From Cytophagales bacterium (GTDB lineage Bacteria > Bacteroidota > Bacteroidia > Cytophagales > Microscillaceae), in assembly GCA_013298075.1 (NCBI GenBank), contig JAAFJG010000030.1:1-50564 (forward strand): a stretch of DNA of 50,564 bases, written 5' to 3'. The stretch's first letter is position 1; every line of letters starts with the position of its first letter. The notes beneath the pieces are model-generated. The model was not told the origin of the DNA, searched no databases, and was given only the letters and a program-made list of their open reading frames with translations. Shown piece by piece: positions 1 through 10,354 of the stretch. A program made the position numbers and the translations under genes.

Positions 1-1
1 T

Positions 2-874
2 GATCCTTATAGTGGGATAGGTGGTGGTAGTGGAAGTAGTCCTGCTGGAGATATAAGAAGACAAGATGAGGATTGTACCCAACCACCAAAACTACCTTTA
101 GATAATCATCGTGTTTTTTGCGAAGATGCACCAATCAATGGCTGTAATGGAACTTTGAATGATAATACAGGGGGAGAGTGTGATGATAATGAAATAAAAG
201 GCGTTACATTAGACCCATCTATGAATTTATCTCAAAACAAAAAAATAAAATGTGTTTGGGATAAATTGTCAAAAATGCCAGAAATAAAAGACCTGCTTAG
301 CGTTTTTGCAAGAAATGGCTACAGCGTGAAATTGGGGGTAACTAATACGTTCCCTATTAATCTTCAGGGGCGGACAAGTATTCAAAATAACTCTTTTGCA
401 AATAGTATCGTAACTATCAATCAAAAATTACAAAGCGGAGAGGGTGACTATTCTCATCTGGGGATTGCTAGCACGATTATTCATGAACTTATTCACGCAG
501 TTTTGAATGCAGAAACTTTTGATAAAGGTGGGTTGAATGCAACTCAAACAGGTTTATTGAATCCAAGTGCTTTTCCTACTTATCACGCTTTGATAGTTTC
601 AAAAAATGGTGATTTAAATGCGGCTGACCATGAATACATTGCCCTATATCAAATGGAACTGCTCACTAACTTGATAGCCTTATATGACGGTAATCGTCTT
701 TCAACCGCCAATTACAAAGCACTTGCTTGGGATGGTTTAGAAGGAACAGATAGGTATAGTGGCACTGGACCTAATACATCAGGGCATAGTGATTATTATA
801 TGAATTTGAATAGGGAAAGTGTGAGAGATGCAGTCATAAATTCACGCAAATCTGAAGATCCTTGTAATCGTTAA
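2..874 (+). CDS. Hypothetical protein with HExxH zinc-metallopeptidase motif; 5' end truncated by the window edge
   Basis: The frame stays open from nt 2 through the annotated TTG at 155 with no upstream stop, so this is the C-terminal part of a larger protein. It has an 'IIHELIHAV' HExxH motif and a Gly/Ser-rich linker (GGGSGSSPAG) before the last ~260 aa. Confidence 0.5.
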   Translation, partial: DPYSGIGGGSGSSPAGDIRRQDEDCTQPPKLPLDNHRVFCEDAPINGCNGTLNDNTGGECDDNEIKGVTLDPSMNLSQNKKIKCVWDKLSKMPEIKDLLSVFARNGYSVKLGVTNTFPINLQGRTSIQNNSFANSIVTINQKLQSGEGDYSHLGIASTIIHELIHAVLNAETFDKGGLNATQTGLLNPSAFPTYHALIVSKNGDLNAADHEYIALYQMELLTNLIALYDGNRLSTANYKALAWDGLEGTDRYSGTGPNTSGHSDYYMNLNRESVRDAVINSRKSEDPCNR

Positions 875-899
875 AACTTAAACACTTTTTTTAATATTT

Positions 900-1391
900 A
901 TGAAAAATATCCTTATTATTTTGCTTTTATGTATAAGCAATATTGCGTTTTCGCAGAATTTATATTTGATTTATGACCCTACCGAGCCTATTGTTACCAA
1001 AGATGTTCGTAAGTATATTGGTCATCATGGTAACGCTGTTATGAAACAATGCGGAGTAGGTAAATTGGGGAACTACGGTTATTCTTTTGGTTATCCTTGG
1101 TATGGTGGAGTAGGCTTGCAACTCAAAAAAAAGACAGACATAGCACCTGTGAGTATGACGGTTGCTCAAACGCAAAGTCTTTATCCTAATGCGATGAATG
1201 CTACTCAATTAGACCAACTTATGCAACCTATTATTGATCAACAATATGCTTTAACCGCTCCCTTTCCACAACCTGAAAATAGACCTAGTGTGTTATATTT
1301 TGAGCAATTTCAAAAAATATTTGTGATAGAATATTTAGGAAATGGACAAGCACAAGTAGTGGAAGTGCGGATAACTAGTGCTTTTAAGTAA
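900..1391 (+). CDS. Small exported hypothetical protein (signal peptide MKNILIILLLCISNIAFSQ)
   Basis: 163-aa ORF starting 25 nt after the HExxH gene, with an N-terminal hydrophobic signal peptide ending 'AFSQ'. A hairpin+T-tract terminator follows it. Confidence 0.55.
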   Translation: MKNILIILLLCISNIAFSQNLYLIYDPTEPIVTKDVRKYIGHHGNAVMKQCGVGKLGNYGYSFGYPWYGGVGLQLKKKTDIAPVSMTVAQTQSLYPNAMNATQLDQLMQPIIDQQYALTAPFPQPENRPSVLYFEQFQKIFVIEYLGNGQAQVVEVRITSAFK

Positions 1392-1447
1392 TTATTCTTT
1401 TGATTTTATTAAAAATAATTATCAACATTTTCTTTTGTTACTAAAAA

Positions 1448-1483
1448 CCTTGCATTTATTTTTTTAAATGCAAGGTTTTTTTG
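1448..1483 (+). terminator. Rho-independent terminator (ccttgcattta...aaatgcaagg + T-run)
   Basis: A perfect ~10-bp inverted repeat followed by TTTTTTT, immediately downstream of the 900..1391 gene. Confidence 0.6.
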
Positions 1484-1646
1484 TTTATAATTTCTGAAAT
1501 AAACAATTTTTTTTTAGATAAAAAAATGTATATAGTTTCTAAGAAATATACCAAGAAATAAAAAAATCTCAAACGATAAATTTCAATTATTTTCATATTT
1601 CAAAACAAAATTATTGCACAAATTTTTATTATTGAGTAGAAAAGAT

Positions 1647-1654
1647 TAAATTTG
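1647..1654 (+). promoter_or_regulatory. Candidate Bacteroidota -7 promoter box (TAAATTTG, matching TAnnTTTG) upstream of gcvP
   Basis: The sequence matches the Bacteroidetes sigmaA -7 consensus TAnnTTTG about 70 nt upstream of the gcvP start. A tandem 'aattcctaatt' direct repeat lies between the box and the ATG. Confidence 0.3.
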
Positions 1655-1722
1655 CATAATTTTTTATATAGTTCAAAAATAAATTTCTAATTCCTAATTT
1701 TTAATTCCTAATTAAAATATAA

Positions 1723-4644
1723 ATGCCTTTAAATTTAGAATATAACGAAGTATTTGCAGAAAGACATCACGGATTGTCAGAGACCGAAATGTCGCAAATG
1801 TTAGAAGCAATTGGTGTTGCTTCGATTGATGAATTGATTGATAAAACTATTCCCGAAGGTATCCGCCAAAAAAAAGCAATGGATATTCCGAAGGCTCAAA
1901 CTGAAAAAGAGTTTTTAACTAATTTTAAAAATATCGCCAATAAAAATAAAGTTTTTAAATCTTTTATTGGAATGGGATATTATGATACCATTACTCCCAA
2001 CGTAATTTTAAGAAATGTATTAGAAAATCCTGCTTGGTACACTGCTTATACGCCTTATCAAGCCGAAATTGCACAAGGAAGAATGGAGGCGTTGATTAAT
2101 TTTCAAACGATTGTCATGGATTTGACAGGAATGGAAATTGCGAATGCGTCTTTATTAGATGAAGGAACGGCTGCTGCTGAGGCGATGACTATGTTATATA
2201 GCCATAGAAAAGGAACTCGTAAAAATGCTAATCAAATTTTTGTTTCTCATCATACGCACCCACAAACCATCGATATTCTCAAAACAAGGGCTTTGCCGTT
2301 GGGCATAGAATTGTTGATAGATGACCATACAAAAATAGATTTAACCAATGAAAATATTTTTGCGTTGATGTTGCCTTATCCCGCCTCTAATGGAGAAGTT
2401 TTTGATTATAGTGATATGATTGCTACTGCCAAAGAATTAGGAATTTTTGTTGCCGTTACAAGCGATTTATTAGCCCTTACTTTATTGACTCCACCAAGTA
2501 AAATGGGAGTTGATGTAGTGGTTGGCTCTGCTCAAAGATTAGGCGTACCAATGGGTTATGGCGGACCTCACGCCGCTTTTTTTGCGACTAAAGACGAATT
2601 TAAAAGACAAATACCGGGAAGAATTATTGGTGTTTCGATTGATAGTGAAGGTAATAAAGCGTATAGAATGGCTTTGCAAACAAGAGAGCAACATATCAGA
2701 CGTGAAAAAGCAACTTCTAATATTTGTACTGCACAAGTTTTGTTATCTGTGATGGCGAGTATGTATGGCGTGTATCACGGAGCAAAAGGTTTGTTACAAA
2801 TTTCAGAAAAAATATACGGCTTAACACAATTAGCCAAAAGAGGTTTAGAAAAATTGGGGTTTGAAATTGAAAATAAATATCATTTTGATACGATTACTAT
2901 TCAATTAAATCATACACAATCTATCGAAACGATTAAAAAAGCAGCCGAAAAACTACAATTTAATTTTAGATATTATTTAGATAATAAAATTGGAATTAGT
3001 TTTGATGAAACAAAAACTTTAGAAGATGTGCAGAATATTTTCAAAGTATTCCAAACGGTTGCTAAAACATTATCAGCCAAAGAAAAAACGGCTTTTACTA
3101 CGTATATCAAAAGTAGTATCAAAAATATTTCTGTTAAATATCCTGATAATTTGATGCGTCAAGAATCATTTATGACGCACCCAGTTTTCAATTCTCATCA
3201 CACTGAACATGCGATGTTGAGATATATGAAATCGTTGGAAAGCAAAGATTTATCATTGGTACATTCGATGATTGCTTTGGGTTCTTGCACGATGAAATTG
3301 AATGCAACGGCTGAAATGATTCCTGTTACTTGGAAAGAATTGGGCGGTTTGCACCCATTCGCACCTCTGGAACAAGCACAAGGTTACGCTGAAATTTTCA
3401 AACATTTAGAAAAATGGTTGATGGAAGTTACAGGTTTTGCGGGCATTAGTTTGCAACCTAACTCAGGAGCGCAAGGCGAATATGCAGGTTTGATGACGAT
3501 TAGAAATTATTTTATTGCCAAAAAAGAATCACACAGAAATATTGCATTAATTCCTTCGTCGGCTCACGGCACAAATCCTGCGAGTGCGGTCATGGCGGGT
3601 ATGCAAGTGGTCGTTACAAAATGTGATGAAAAAGGCAATATTGATGTAGAAGATTTGCGTTTGAATGCAGAAAAATACAAAGATAATTTGGCTTGTTTGA
3701 TGGTAACTTATCCATCAACACACGGCGTTTTTGAGGAAAGTATTGTTGAAATTTGTCAATTAATTCATAATTTTGGGGGACAAGTGTATATGGACGGTGC
3801 CAATATGAACGCACAAGTTGGGCTGACAAGTCCTGCGTTGATTGGGGCAGATGTTTGCCATTTGAATTTACATAAAACATTTTGTATTCCTCATGGTGGC
3901 GGCGGTCCTGGTATGGGTCCGATTGGCGTAAACTCTCATTTAATTCCATATTTACCCAATCATAGCGTTATTAAAATCTCTGAAAGTCCTGCGACAGCCA
4001 TTTCTGCTGCTCCTTATGGCAGTGCGAGTATTTTGACAATTTCTTATGCGTATATCGCAATGATGGGGGCAAATGGTTTGGTTGATGCAACAAAAAGAGC
4101 GATTTTGAATGCAAATTATTTAAAATCTCGTTTGGAAGGACATTATAAAGTTTTGTATGCGGGTAAAAATGGAACGGCTGCTCACGAATTTATTTTAGAT
4201 TGTAGAGAATTTAAAAATGTGGGAGTAGAAGTGGCAGATATTGCCAAAAGAATGATGGATTATGGTTTTCACGCACCCACAGTTTCTTTTCCTGTAGCGG
4301 GAACTTTGATGATTGAGCCAACCGAAAGCGAAAATTTAGCGGAATTGGATAGATTTGCGGAGGTGATGATTAGCATTAGAGGTGAAATAAGAGAAATTGA
4401 GGAAGGAAAAGCGGAAAAAACTAATAATGTGATTGTCAATGCACCACATACGGCTCAAATGTTGATAGCAAATGATTGGAAAAAACCTTATTCGAGAGAA
4501 AAAGCGGCTTATCCAATGCCTTATTTACATGATAATAAATTTTTCCCTTCGGTAGCAAAAATTGATAGTGCGTATGGAGATAGAAATTTAGTTTGTTCTT
4601 GTATTCCTGTCGAAGAATATGCCAATACTGAAGTAGAAGCATAA
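1723..4644 (+). CDS. gcvP: Glycine dehydrogenase (decarboxylating), single-chain P-protein
   Basis: 973-aa translation with conserved P-protein blocks ([20 protein letters not shown], the PLP-lysine region '[24 protein letters not shown]'). The length is typical of fused GcvP. Confidence 0.95.
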   Translation: MPLNLEYNEVFAERHHGLSETEMSQMLEAIGVASIDELIDKTIPEGIRQKKAMDIPKAQTEKEFLTNFKNIANKNKVFKSFIGMGYYDTITPNVILRNVLENPAWYTAYTPYQAEIAQGRMEALINFQTIVMDLTGMEIANASLLDEGTAAAEAMTMLYSHRKGTRKNANQIFVSHHTHPQTIDILKTRALPLGIELLIDDHTKIDLTNENIFALMLPYPASNGEVFDYSDMIATAKELGIFVAVTSDLLALTLLTPPSKMGVDVVVGSAQRLGVPMGYGGPHAAFFATKDEFKRQIPGRIIGVSIDSEGNKAYRMALQTREQHIRREKATSNICTAQVLLSVMASMYGVYHGAKGLLQISEKIYGLTQLAKRGLEKLGFEIENKYHFDTITIQLNHTQSIETIKKAAEKLQFNFRYYLDNKIGISFDETKTLEDVQNIFKVFQTVAKTLSAKEKTAFTTYIKSSIKNISVKYPDNLMRQESFMTHPVFNSHHTEHAMLRYMKSLESKDLSLVHSMIALGSCTMKLNATAEMIPVTWKELGGLHPFAPLEQAQGYAEIFKHLEKWLMEVTGFAGISLQPNSGAQGEYAGLMTIRNYFIAKKESHRNIALIPSSAHGTNPASAVMAGMQVVVTKCDEKGNIDVEDLRLNAEKYKDNLACLMVTYPSTHGVFEESIVEICQLIHNFGGQVYMDGANMNAQVGLTSPALIGADVCHLNLHKTFCIPHGGGGPGMGPIGVNSHLIPYLPNHSVIKISESPATAISAAPYGSASILTISYAYIAMMGANGLVDATKRAILNANYLKSRLEGHYKVLYAGKNGTAAHEFILDCREFKNVGVEVADIAKRMMDYGFHAPTVSFPVAGTLMIEPTESENLAELDRFAEVMISIRGEIREIEEGKAEKTNNVIVNAPHTAQMLIANDWKKPYSREKAAYPMPYLHDNKFFPSVAKIDSAYGDRNLVCSCIPVEEYANTEVEA

Positions 4645-4663
4645 TTTTTTGTTGATATGATAG

Positions 4664-4714
4664 AAAAATGGCTGTATTTTTTTTGAAAATACAGCCATTT
4701 TTTTTTTTTTTCGA
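4664..4714. terminator. Hairpin (aaatggctgtatttt/aaaatacagccattt) + long T-tract; a likely bidirectional terminator between convergent genes
   Basis: Perfect inverted repeat followed by T13, between the gcvP (+) stop and the stop of the minus-strand gene 4756..5391. Confidence 0.6.
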
Positions 4715-4755
4715 GGATAAACTTGAAAAATAATAAGAATAAAATTTATCAAAAA

Positions 4756-5391
4756 TTATGCTCTAAACCAACGTTGAAAGAAAAACTTACCTAATTCAAT
4801 TCCTGAATCAATAAACGTTTTTCCGATGGCATCAAAAGAAAAATTAACTGATTTTTCGATAAAAATATCTGTATTTTCGAAGTTTTCGGAATGGTCATTT
4901 ATCCAAAATTTTAGCACGCTCAAAGTCAATCCCCAAAATGCTCTTGGATAGATTTTATCTGTAAACATACGATTATAAATTTCTTGCGTTTCTTTTCCTT
5001 CGAGCAAAACATCATCTAACCAAGCATAAAAATTATGTTTCAAATCTTCCAAAAAATAAGGTTTTAAATCTAAAAAAGCCTTTCTACGCGCTGAAATCAA
5101 TATAAAATCTCTATTTTCTTTCAATACTTCGAGCCAAGTATAATAAAATGCCAATACTTTTTCTCTGCCCGAATATTGTGGATATACGTCTGTTTCGTAT
5201 AATTTTTGTTTTGTATTCAAAAAAGTTCCTAACCAAATATCGCTATCAATATCATTCAAAGAAGAATAATATTCGTAAAATTCAGTAGTAGAAATTTCTA
5301 AATAAATTGAAAAATCATCAACAGAAGTAGGAAATTTGCTATTTTCGTGTGTATATTTTATAAATGAATGTTGAATTTGTAATTTGTCCAT
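4756..5391 (-). CDS. Putative TetR/AcrR-family transcriptional regulator
   Basis: 211 aa. The N-terminal segment 'TSVDDFSIYLEISTTEFYEYYSSLNDI' fits the TetR HTH pattern (TxxDIAxxxGVSxGxLYxHFxSKExL). The size is typical of the family. Confidence 0.45.
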   Translation of the reverse strand: MDKLQIQHSFIKYTHENSKFPTSVDDFSIYLEISTTEFYEYYSSLNDIDSDIWLGTFLNTKQKLYETDVYPQYSGREKVLAFYYTWLEVLKENRDFILISARRKAFLDLKPYFLEDLKHNFYAWLDDVLLEGKETQEIYNRMFTDKIYPRAFWGLTLSVLKFWINDHSENFENTDIFIEKSVNFSFDAIGKTFIDSGIELGKFFFQRWFRA

Positions 5392-5502
5392 TTTAATCTT
5401 TTTTAATTTAAGGAGTGATTATATTTATTACAATGATTTTTTTAGTGATTTTGTTCATTTTAATAAAGATTTATTTTTATTATTTATTTGAAATGATTAT
5501 TT

Positions 5503-7596
5503 TTGCAGAAAATAAAAACTATGAAAGCAAACGAAACAAAAGTAGAAGGTTTTTTATCTTCTAATAAAACACAATTTGTCATTCCTGTATATCAGAGAAA
5601 TTATGATTGGACTGCCAAAGAATGTAAACAATTATTAAACGATATTTTGGGAATAGGAAGGACTAATAATAATTCTTTGCATTTTATTGGGAGTATCGTA
5701 CACGTACACGAAGGCATAACGACTTCTTCACGAACTACAGAATTGGTAATTATTGATGGACAACAAAGATTAACTACTATTACACTGATTTATATTGCTT
5801 TATATTGGTTGGCAAAAGAAATAGACAATAAACCATTAGCCGATGATATTTATGAAACTTATCTAACGAATAGGCACGTATCCGAAAGTGAAAAGTTAAA
5901 ACTTCGCCCAACAGACAATAACGACAAAGCATTAAAATATTTATTGCGTGCTGATAAAGATGAAGAATATACAGATTATTCAAGATTAGTGAATAATTTT
6001 AGATATTTTCAAACAAATATACATAAAGAAAATTATCAAGATGTTAGAGATGGATTGAATAGATTGATGTTTGTGGAAGTGGCTTTGGATAGAACTCAAG
6101 ATAATCCGCAAAGAATTTTTGAAAGCTTAAATTCTACGGGACTTGCGCTTTCTCAGTCTGATTTAATTCGAAATTATATATTGATGTGTCTCGAACCCAA
6201 AGAACAACAAGAGATATACACAAAATATTGGGAATATATCGAAAGACTTGCCAAAGAAGAAAGCAATAATCAAACAAGAGTTTCTGATTTTATTCGTGAT
6301 TTTTTAACACTCGAAAATAAAAACATTCCTAATAAAGGAGAGGTTTATAATGAATTTAAGAAAAAATATCCAACGGACAAAGAGCAATTAAATCTTACGC
6401 TTGCCAAATTAAAATCGTTGGTAAATTTTTATAATAAACTTATCAATCCAGAAAAGGAAAATGATAATGATATAAAAACGCATCTAAAATATATCAAACA
6501 TTTGCAAATAGAAGTAACATATCCTTTTTTGATGAAAGTGTATGAAGATTATGCGAATAAAATTATTTCTAAAGCAGATTTTATTCAACTATTACAAATT
6601 GTACAATCTTATGCTTGGCGAAGATTTATTGTTGGATTGCCTACTAATGCACTCAATAAGGTATTTATGACGCTTTATGATAAAATTGATTTAGATAATT
6701 ATATTATTTCAGTTCAAAGAGCATTGTTAGAGAAAAAAGGAAACCAAAAATTTCCAAGAAATGACGAAGTTGAAAATGCTTTGAAATTAAAAGATGTTTA
6801 TAATATACAACCTAAAAATAGAACTTATTTTTTAGAAAGATTAGAAAATTTCAAAAATAATGAATCTGTACAAATTCACGATAACGAAAATATAACTATT
6901 GAGCATATTTTTCCTCAAAATCCAAGTCCAAAATGGAAAATTGAAATGAATGACGAAGCCGCTTTTAATGAAATGAAAAATATACATTTACATACGATTG
7001 CGAACTTGACATTGGTTGGGCATAATAGTAGTTTGGGTAATAAAACTTTTCAAGAAAAAAAAGAATTAAAAGATGTGGGTTATGAAAGCAGCCGTTTGTG
7101 GCTCAATAAATATCTATCTACGATAGAAAAGTGGGATGTAGAAACATTAGAAAATAGATTTCAAGAAATACGAAAACGCTTTTTTGAAATATGGGAAATT
7201 CCTAGTATTGTTGTAAGAGAAAATAACGAAACGGAAATTAATATTTTTGATGCAGAAGACCCTACAAATAAAAAATTAGAGTACGCAATTTTCTTTGATG
7301 AAATAATTATAACAGATAATTTTGCTATTTTTTATGTAAAAATAATGAAAAAATTATTTGAATTAGATTCTTCTTTGTTTTTTGAAACCGATTTAAAAAC
7401 AAAAATTGCTTCTGTAAACGATACTTGTGTAATCTTTAGACAATCAGCAACAATTAGCGAACATTACGTGATAGATACTCATTCATCAAGTTCTACAAAG
7501 TTTAAAATAATTAAACAAGCATTAGAATTATTCGAATTCGAAGATGAATTATTTATAAAGTATGTTAATGAAACTAAAAAAACTTCGCTTTTTTAA
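5503..7596 (+). CDS. DUF262 (ParB-like NTPase/nuclease) + DUF1524 (HNH-like) protein; GmrSD-family type IV restriction endonuclease-like
   Basis: N-terminal 'IPVYQRNYDW' and 'IIDGQQRLTTI' motifs are diagnostic of DUF262. C-terminal 'ITIEHIFPQNP' ... 'HTIANLTLVGHNSSLGNKTF' motifs are diagnostic of DUF1524 (His-Me finger). Confidence 0.8.
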   Translation: MQKIKTMKANETKVEGFLSSNKTQFVIPVYQRNYDWTAKECKQLLNDILGIGRTNNNSLHFIGSIVHVHEGITTSSRTTELVIIDGQQRLTTITLIYIALYWLAKEIDNKPLADDIYETYLTNRHVSESEKLKLRPTDNNDKALKYLLRADKDEEYTDYSRLVNNFRYFQTNIHKENYQDVRDGLNRLMFVEVALDRTQDNPQRIFESLNSTGLALSQSDLIRNYILMCLEPKEQQEIYTKYWEYIERLAKEESNNQTRVSDFIRDFLTLENKNIPNKGEVYNEFKKKYPTDKEQLNLTLAKLKSLVNFYNKLINPEKENDNDIKTHLKYIKHLQIEVTYPFLMKVYEDYANKIISKADFIQLLQIVQSYAWRRFIVGLPTNALNKVFMTLYDKIDLDNYIISVQRALLEKKGNQKFPRNDEVENALKLKDVYNIQPKNRTYFLERLENFKNNESVQIHDNENITIEHIFPQNPSPKWKIEMNDEAAFNEMKNIHLHTIANLTLVGHNSSLGNKTFQEKKELKDVGYESSRLWLNKYLSTIEKWDVETLENRFQEIRKRFFEIWEIPSIVVRENNETEINIFDAEDPTNKKLEYAIFFDEIIITDNFAIFYVKIMKKLFELDSSLFFETDLKTKIASVNDTCVIFRQSATISEHYVIDTHSSSSTKFKIIKQALELFEFEDELFIKYVNETKKTSLF

Positions 7597-7689
7597 ACAA
7601 CAATAATAACAATTATGAAAATATAAAAATATTTTAATTTATTTGTAAATATAAAAATATTAAACTAATTTTGTGTAAAATAAACTAAA

Positions 7690-7923
7690 ATGAATAAAAT
7701 AAAACCTTGGAGTATTTCTACTACTGTTCATAATCCTGAAAGAATTAGGAGTTTTTTGTTTGTACTTAAAATGTTGGAGGGCAATGTTTGGAATAAAGAA
7801 ACCCAAAATCAGTTTCAAATAATGCTTATACAATATAAATTCTATGGAGCGGGTGAAAAACATTTCTATAAAGATTTAACTCAAACACAAATTGATTTAT
7901 TAGAAACACCTAATATATACTAA
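7690..7923 (+). CDS. Small hypothetical ORF (77 aa); possibly a gene remnant
   Basis: The ORF is open but has no recognisable domain. It ends exactly at the terminal inverted repeat of a 132-bp palindromic element. Confidence 0.25.
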   Translation: MNKIKPWSISTTVHNPERIRSFLFVLKMLEGNVWNKETQNQFQIMLIQYKFYGAGEKHFYKDLTQTQIDLLETPNIY

Positions 7924-8055
7924 GTGTTCAGTCAGAGTGAAAAATTCGTTTTTTATTTTGTAAATAGCATCTAAAAAATAGGCATTAACGCCTATTTTTT
8001 AGATGAGAAACAAGTTTTTATTTTATTATCCGAAAATTTGAGAAAGACTGAACAC
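7924..8055. repeat. 132-bp element bounded by 10-bp terminal inverted repeats (gtgttcagtc / gactgaacac) with an internal 16-bp-stem palindrome (7968..8005); MITE-like or a strong bidirectional terminator
   Basis: The inverted repeats and the internal palindrome 'catctaaaaaataggc-attaac-gcctattttttagatg' are visible directly. The 'gcatctaaaaaata' core recurs at 22392 and 22450. Confidence 0.45.
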
Positions 8056-8283
8056 TAGAGGCAATTCAAAAAATATATTTCCAAAAAAACACCTCATACT
8101 ATCTCAAACCACCACCAAAAAATAATAAAATAGGTGATTTTACTTTTAAATATTATCAAAAAAATCAAAAAAAATCAAAAAAAATCTAATAAAAACTTTG
8201 AATATTATAAAAAAGCACTATATTTGTCCATAAAAGATAAAAATATAAGATAAAATATAAAATATAAAATATATTCATAAAAA

Positions 8284-9516
8284 ATGGTACTAAACTACCT
8301 TTGGGTCAGTTTTTTTTTGATTGCCTTTGTGTTAGCAAGCGTCCAAGCATTTGTGTTTGGAAACACACAAGTCTTTCAACAAATGGTCAAAGCAACCTTA
8401 GACGCATCTGAAACTGGTTTTCAGGTCGCATTGGGCTTGACGGGTACGATGACTATGTGGTTAGGTTTTATGAAAATTGGCGAAAAAGCAGGCATTGTAA
8501 ATGTGTTGGCTTTTTTATTCGGACCTTTTTTTAGGCGATTATTTCCCGAAATTCCACCTAATCACCCATCATTGACTCCCATTTTTATGAAGTTTTCGAT
8601 GAATATTTTAGGATTGGATAATGCAAGTACGCCTTTGGGAATAAAGGCAATGAAAGAAATGCAAGACTTAAATCCAAGTCCTGATACGGCTTCGAATGCT
8701 CAAATTATGTTTACGGTATTGAATACAACAGGTTTGACTTTAATTCCTATTACGATTATTGCGTATCGTGTGCAATATGGAGCGCAAAATCCTACCGATA
8801 TTTTTATGCCCATTATTTTGGCGACTTCCGTTACTAATATTTCGGCTTTGATGATGGTGGCTTTTATTCAAAAAATAAATGTATTTAATAAAGTTTTTTT
8901 GGCTTATTTAGGCGTTTTTGTCGCGTTTTTATTGAGTATGGTTTTATATTTTGCTTATTTGCCTCCTTCTGAAATTAGTAGAGTTTCGGGCTTTATGAGT
9001 AATTTTTTATTATTTTCTTTGATTGTTACTTTTATTTCTATGGCTGTTTGGCAAAAAGTCAATGTATATGAATCTTTTATTGAAGGAGCAAAAGAAGGTT
9101 TTGAAGTGGCGATTCGGATTATTCCGTATTTAGTTGGTATTTTGGTAGGAATTGCGGTTTTTCGGGCATCAGGTGCGTTAGAATTTATGATCAATTCTCT
9201 AAAATATGTGTTGCAAGAATCAGGAGTTGAGGGCGAATATAGTTTTGCTTTGCCCGTTGCTTTTTTGAAACCTTTGAGCGGGACAGGTGCGTCAGGTATG
9301 ATGCAAGATATTATGAAAACTTATGGACCAGATTCTTTTATGGGATATTTGGCGTGTGTATTTCAAGGAACGACAGACACGACTTTGTATATTATTGCCG
9401 TTTATTTTGGAGCCATCAATATTAAAAAAATTAGATATACTGCCACAGTAGGACTTTTGGCTGATGTAATTGGCTTGACTTCTGCTATTTGGATTGCTTA
9501 TTTTTTCTTTTCTTAA
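8284..9516 (+). CDS. Polytopic membrane protein, fused SpmA/SpmB-like nucleoside-recognition (Gate) domain protein
   Basis: 410 aa with many hydrophobic segments. Its similarity is to 'spore maturation protein A/B'-type Gate-domain proteins, which are common in Bacteroidota. Confidence 0.5.
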   Translation: MVLNYLWVSFFLIAFVLASVQAFVFGNTQVFQQMVKATLDASETGFQVALGLTGTMTMWLGFMKIGEKAGIVNVLAFLFGPFFRRLFPEIPPNHPSLTPIFMKFSMNILGLDNASTPLGIKAMKEMQDLNPSPDTASNAQIMFTVLNTTGLTLIPITIIAYRVQYGAQNPTDIFMPIILATSVTNISALMMVAFIQKINVFNKVFLAYLGVFVAFLLSMVLYFAYLPPSEISRVSGFMSNFLLFSLIVTFISMAVWQKVNVYESFIEGAKEGFEVAIRIIPYLVGILVGIAVFRASGALEFMINSLKYVLQESGVEGEYSFALPVAFLKPLSGTGASGMMQDIMKTYGPDSFMGYLACVFQGTTDTTLYIIAVYFGAINIKKIRYTATVGLLADVIGLTSAIWIAYFFFS

Positions 9517-9605
9517 TATGTTAATTTTCAAAATCACAAAAATTTTATTATTTCTTATTTTTATATTTAAAGTTCAAAAAAATTCACATTAAAAAAAAGT
9601 ATATT

Positions 9606-9965
9606 ATGGAAACAACTCCAAAACAGGATTTAGCCATGGCTAAAGGTAAACATTATTTGTTTAAAAGTAAAATGAGAGCATATCTTGATGGCTCAAGAGA
9701 AGTAGAAGAAGCAGTTTTAGCAGATTATAATGCTTGTGCTTTGGGAAAATGGGTCAATGAAGTGGGCAAAGTGAAATTTGCTGAATTTGCTGAAGTAACG
9801 GCTTTGGATTTAACACACCAAAAAATTCACGGCAAAGCAAACGAAATTATCAGACTAAAAAAAGAAGGAAACGACGAAGAAGCAGAGAAAAAAATGCTTG
9901 ATATTGAAGAAATTGGTGCCGAAATTATTCATCATATCGAAATTTTAGAAGAAAAATTAACCTAA
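9606..9965 (+). CDS. Small CZB (chemoreceptor zinc-binding)-like domain protein
   Basis: 119 aa with 'CALGKW' followed ~25 aa later by 'HQKIHGK', which matches the Cys-x-LG-x-W ... HxxxH signature of the CZB domain. Confidence 0.45.
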   Translation: METTPKQDLAMAKGKHYLFKSKMRAYLDGSREVEEAVLADYNACALGKWVNEVGKVKFAEFAEVTALDLTHQKIHGKANEIIRLKKEGNDEEAEKKMLDIEEIGAEIIHHIEILEEKLT

Positions 9966-9979
9966 AAAAACAAAAAAAT

Positions 9980-10018
9980 GGCAGAAAATTATGAAAGTAA
10001 TTTTTTGCCGTTTTTTTT
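9980..10018 (+). terminator. Hairpin (ggcagaaaatt / aattttttgcc) + T8 terminator after the CZB gene
   Basis: Imperfect inverted repeat followed by TTTTTTTT immediately 3' of the stop at 9965. Confidence 0.45.
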
Positions 10019-10354
10019 AATCAGTTTTATTTCATTGCTAATTTATTTTCCATAAGAAATACATCATTTAAAAACAACATATTTGCATTTTTTTTCAAAT
10101 ATTCAAATAGCTTTTATAATGAATTTAGAGCAATACTAAATATTTTTAAAATTTTAAAAAAATATTTAATAAATTCTTTGTTTTTTCAATAAACACTATT
10201 TATCTTTGCATACCCTTTAATACGCAAAATAAAAAAAAGAATTTTTAGATTTTTCTTTAGCATTTGTAAGTTTCTATAACTTAATACAAATGTTAGCAAA
10301 ATCATATCATTAGAAAATATAGCATTACTTTTTTAAACCATTTTAAGTAATTAT

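Noticed and set aside
960-1208. 82-aa minus-strand ORF inside the 900..1391 gene, and similar internal antisense ORFs (2539..2736, 3614..3949, 15045..15305, 16317..16589, etc.)
   Set aside because: They are embedded antisense in better-supported longer ORFs, lack start context, and have biased composition. They are treated as noise.
1392-1722. Glycine riboswitch upstream of gcvP
   Set aside because: The leader is almost pure A/T with no GGAGAG...CACCG-type conserved glycine-aptamer segments and no GC-rich paired regions.
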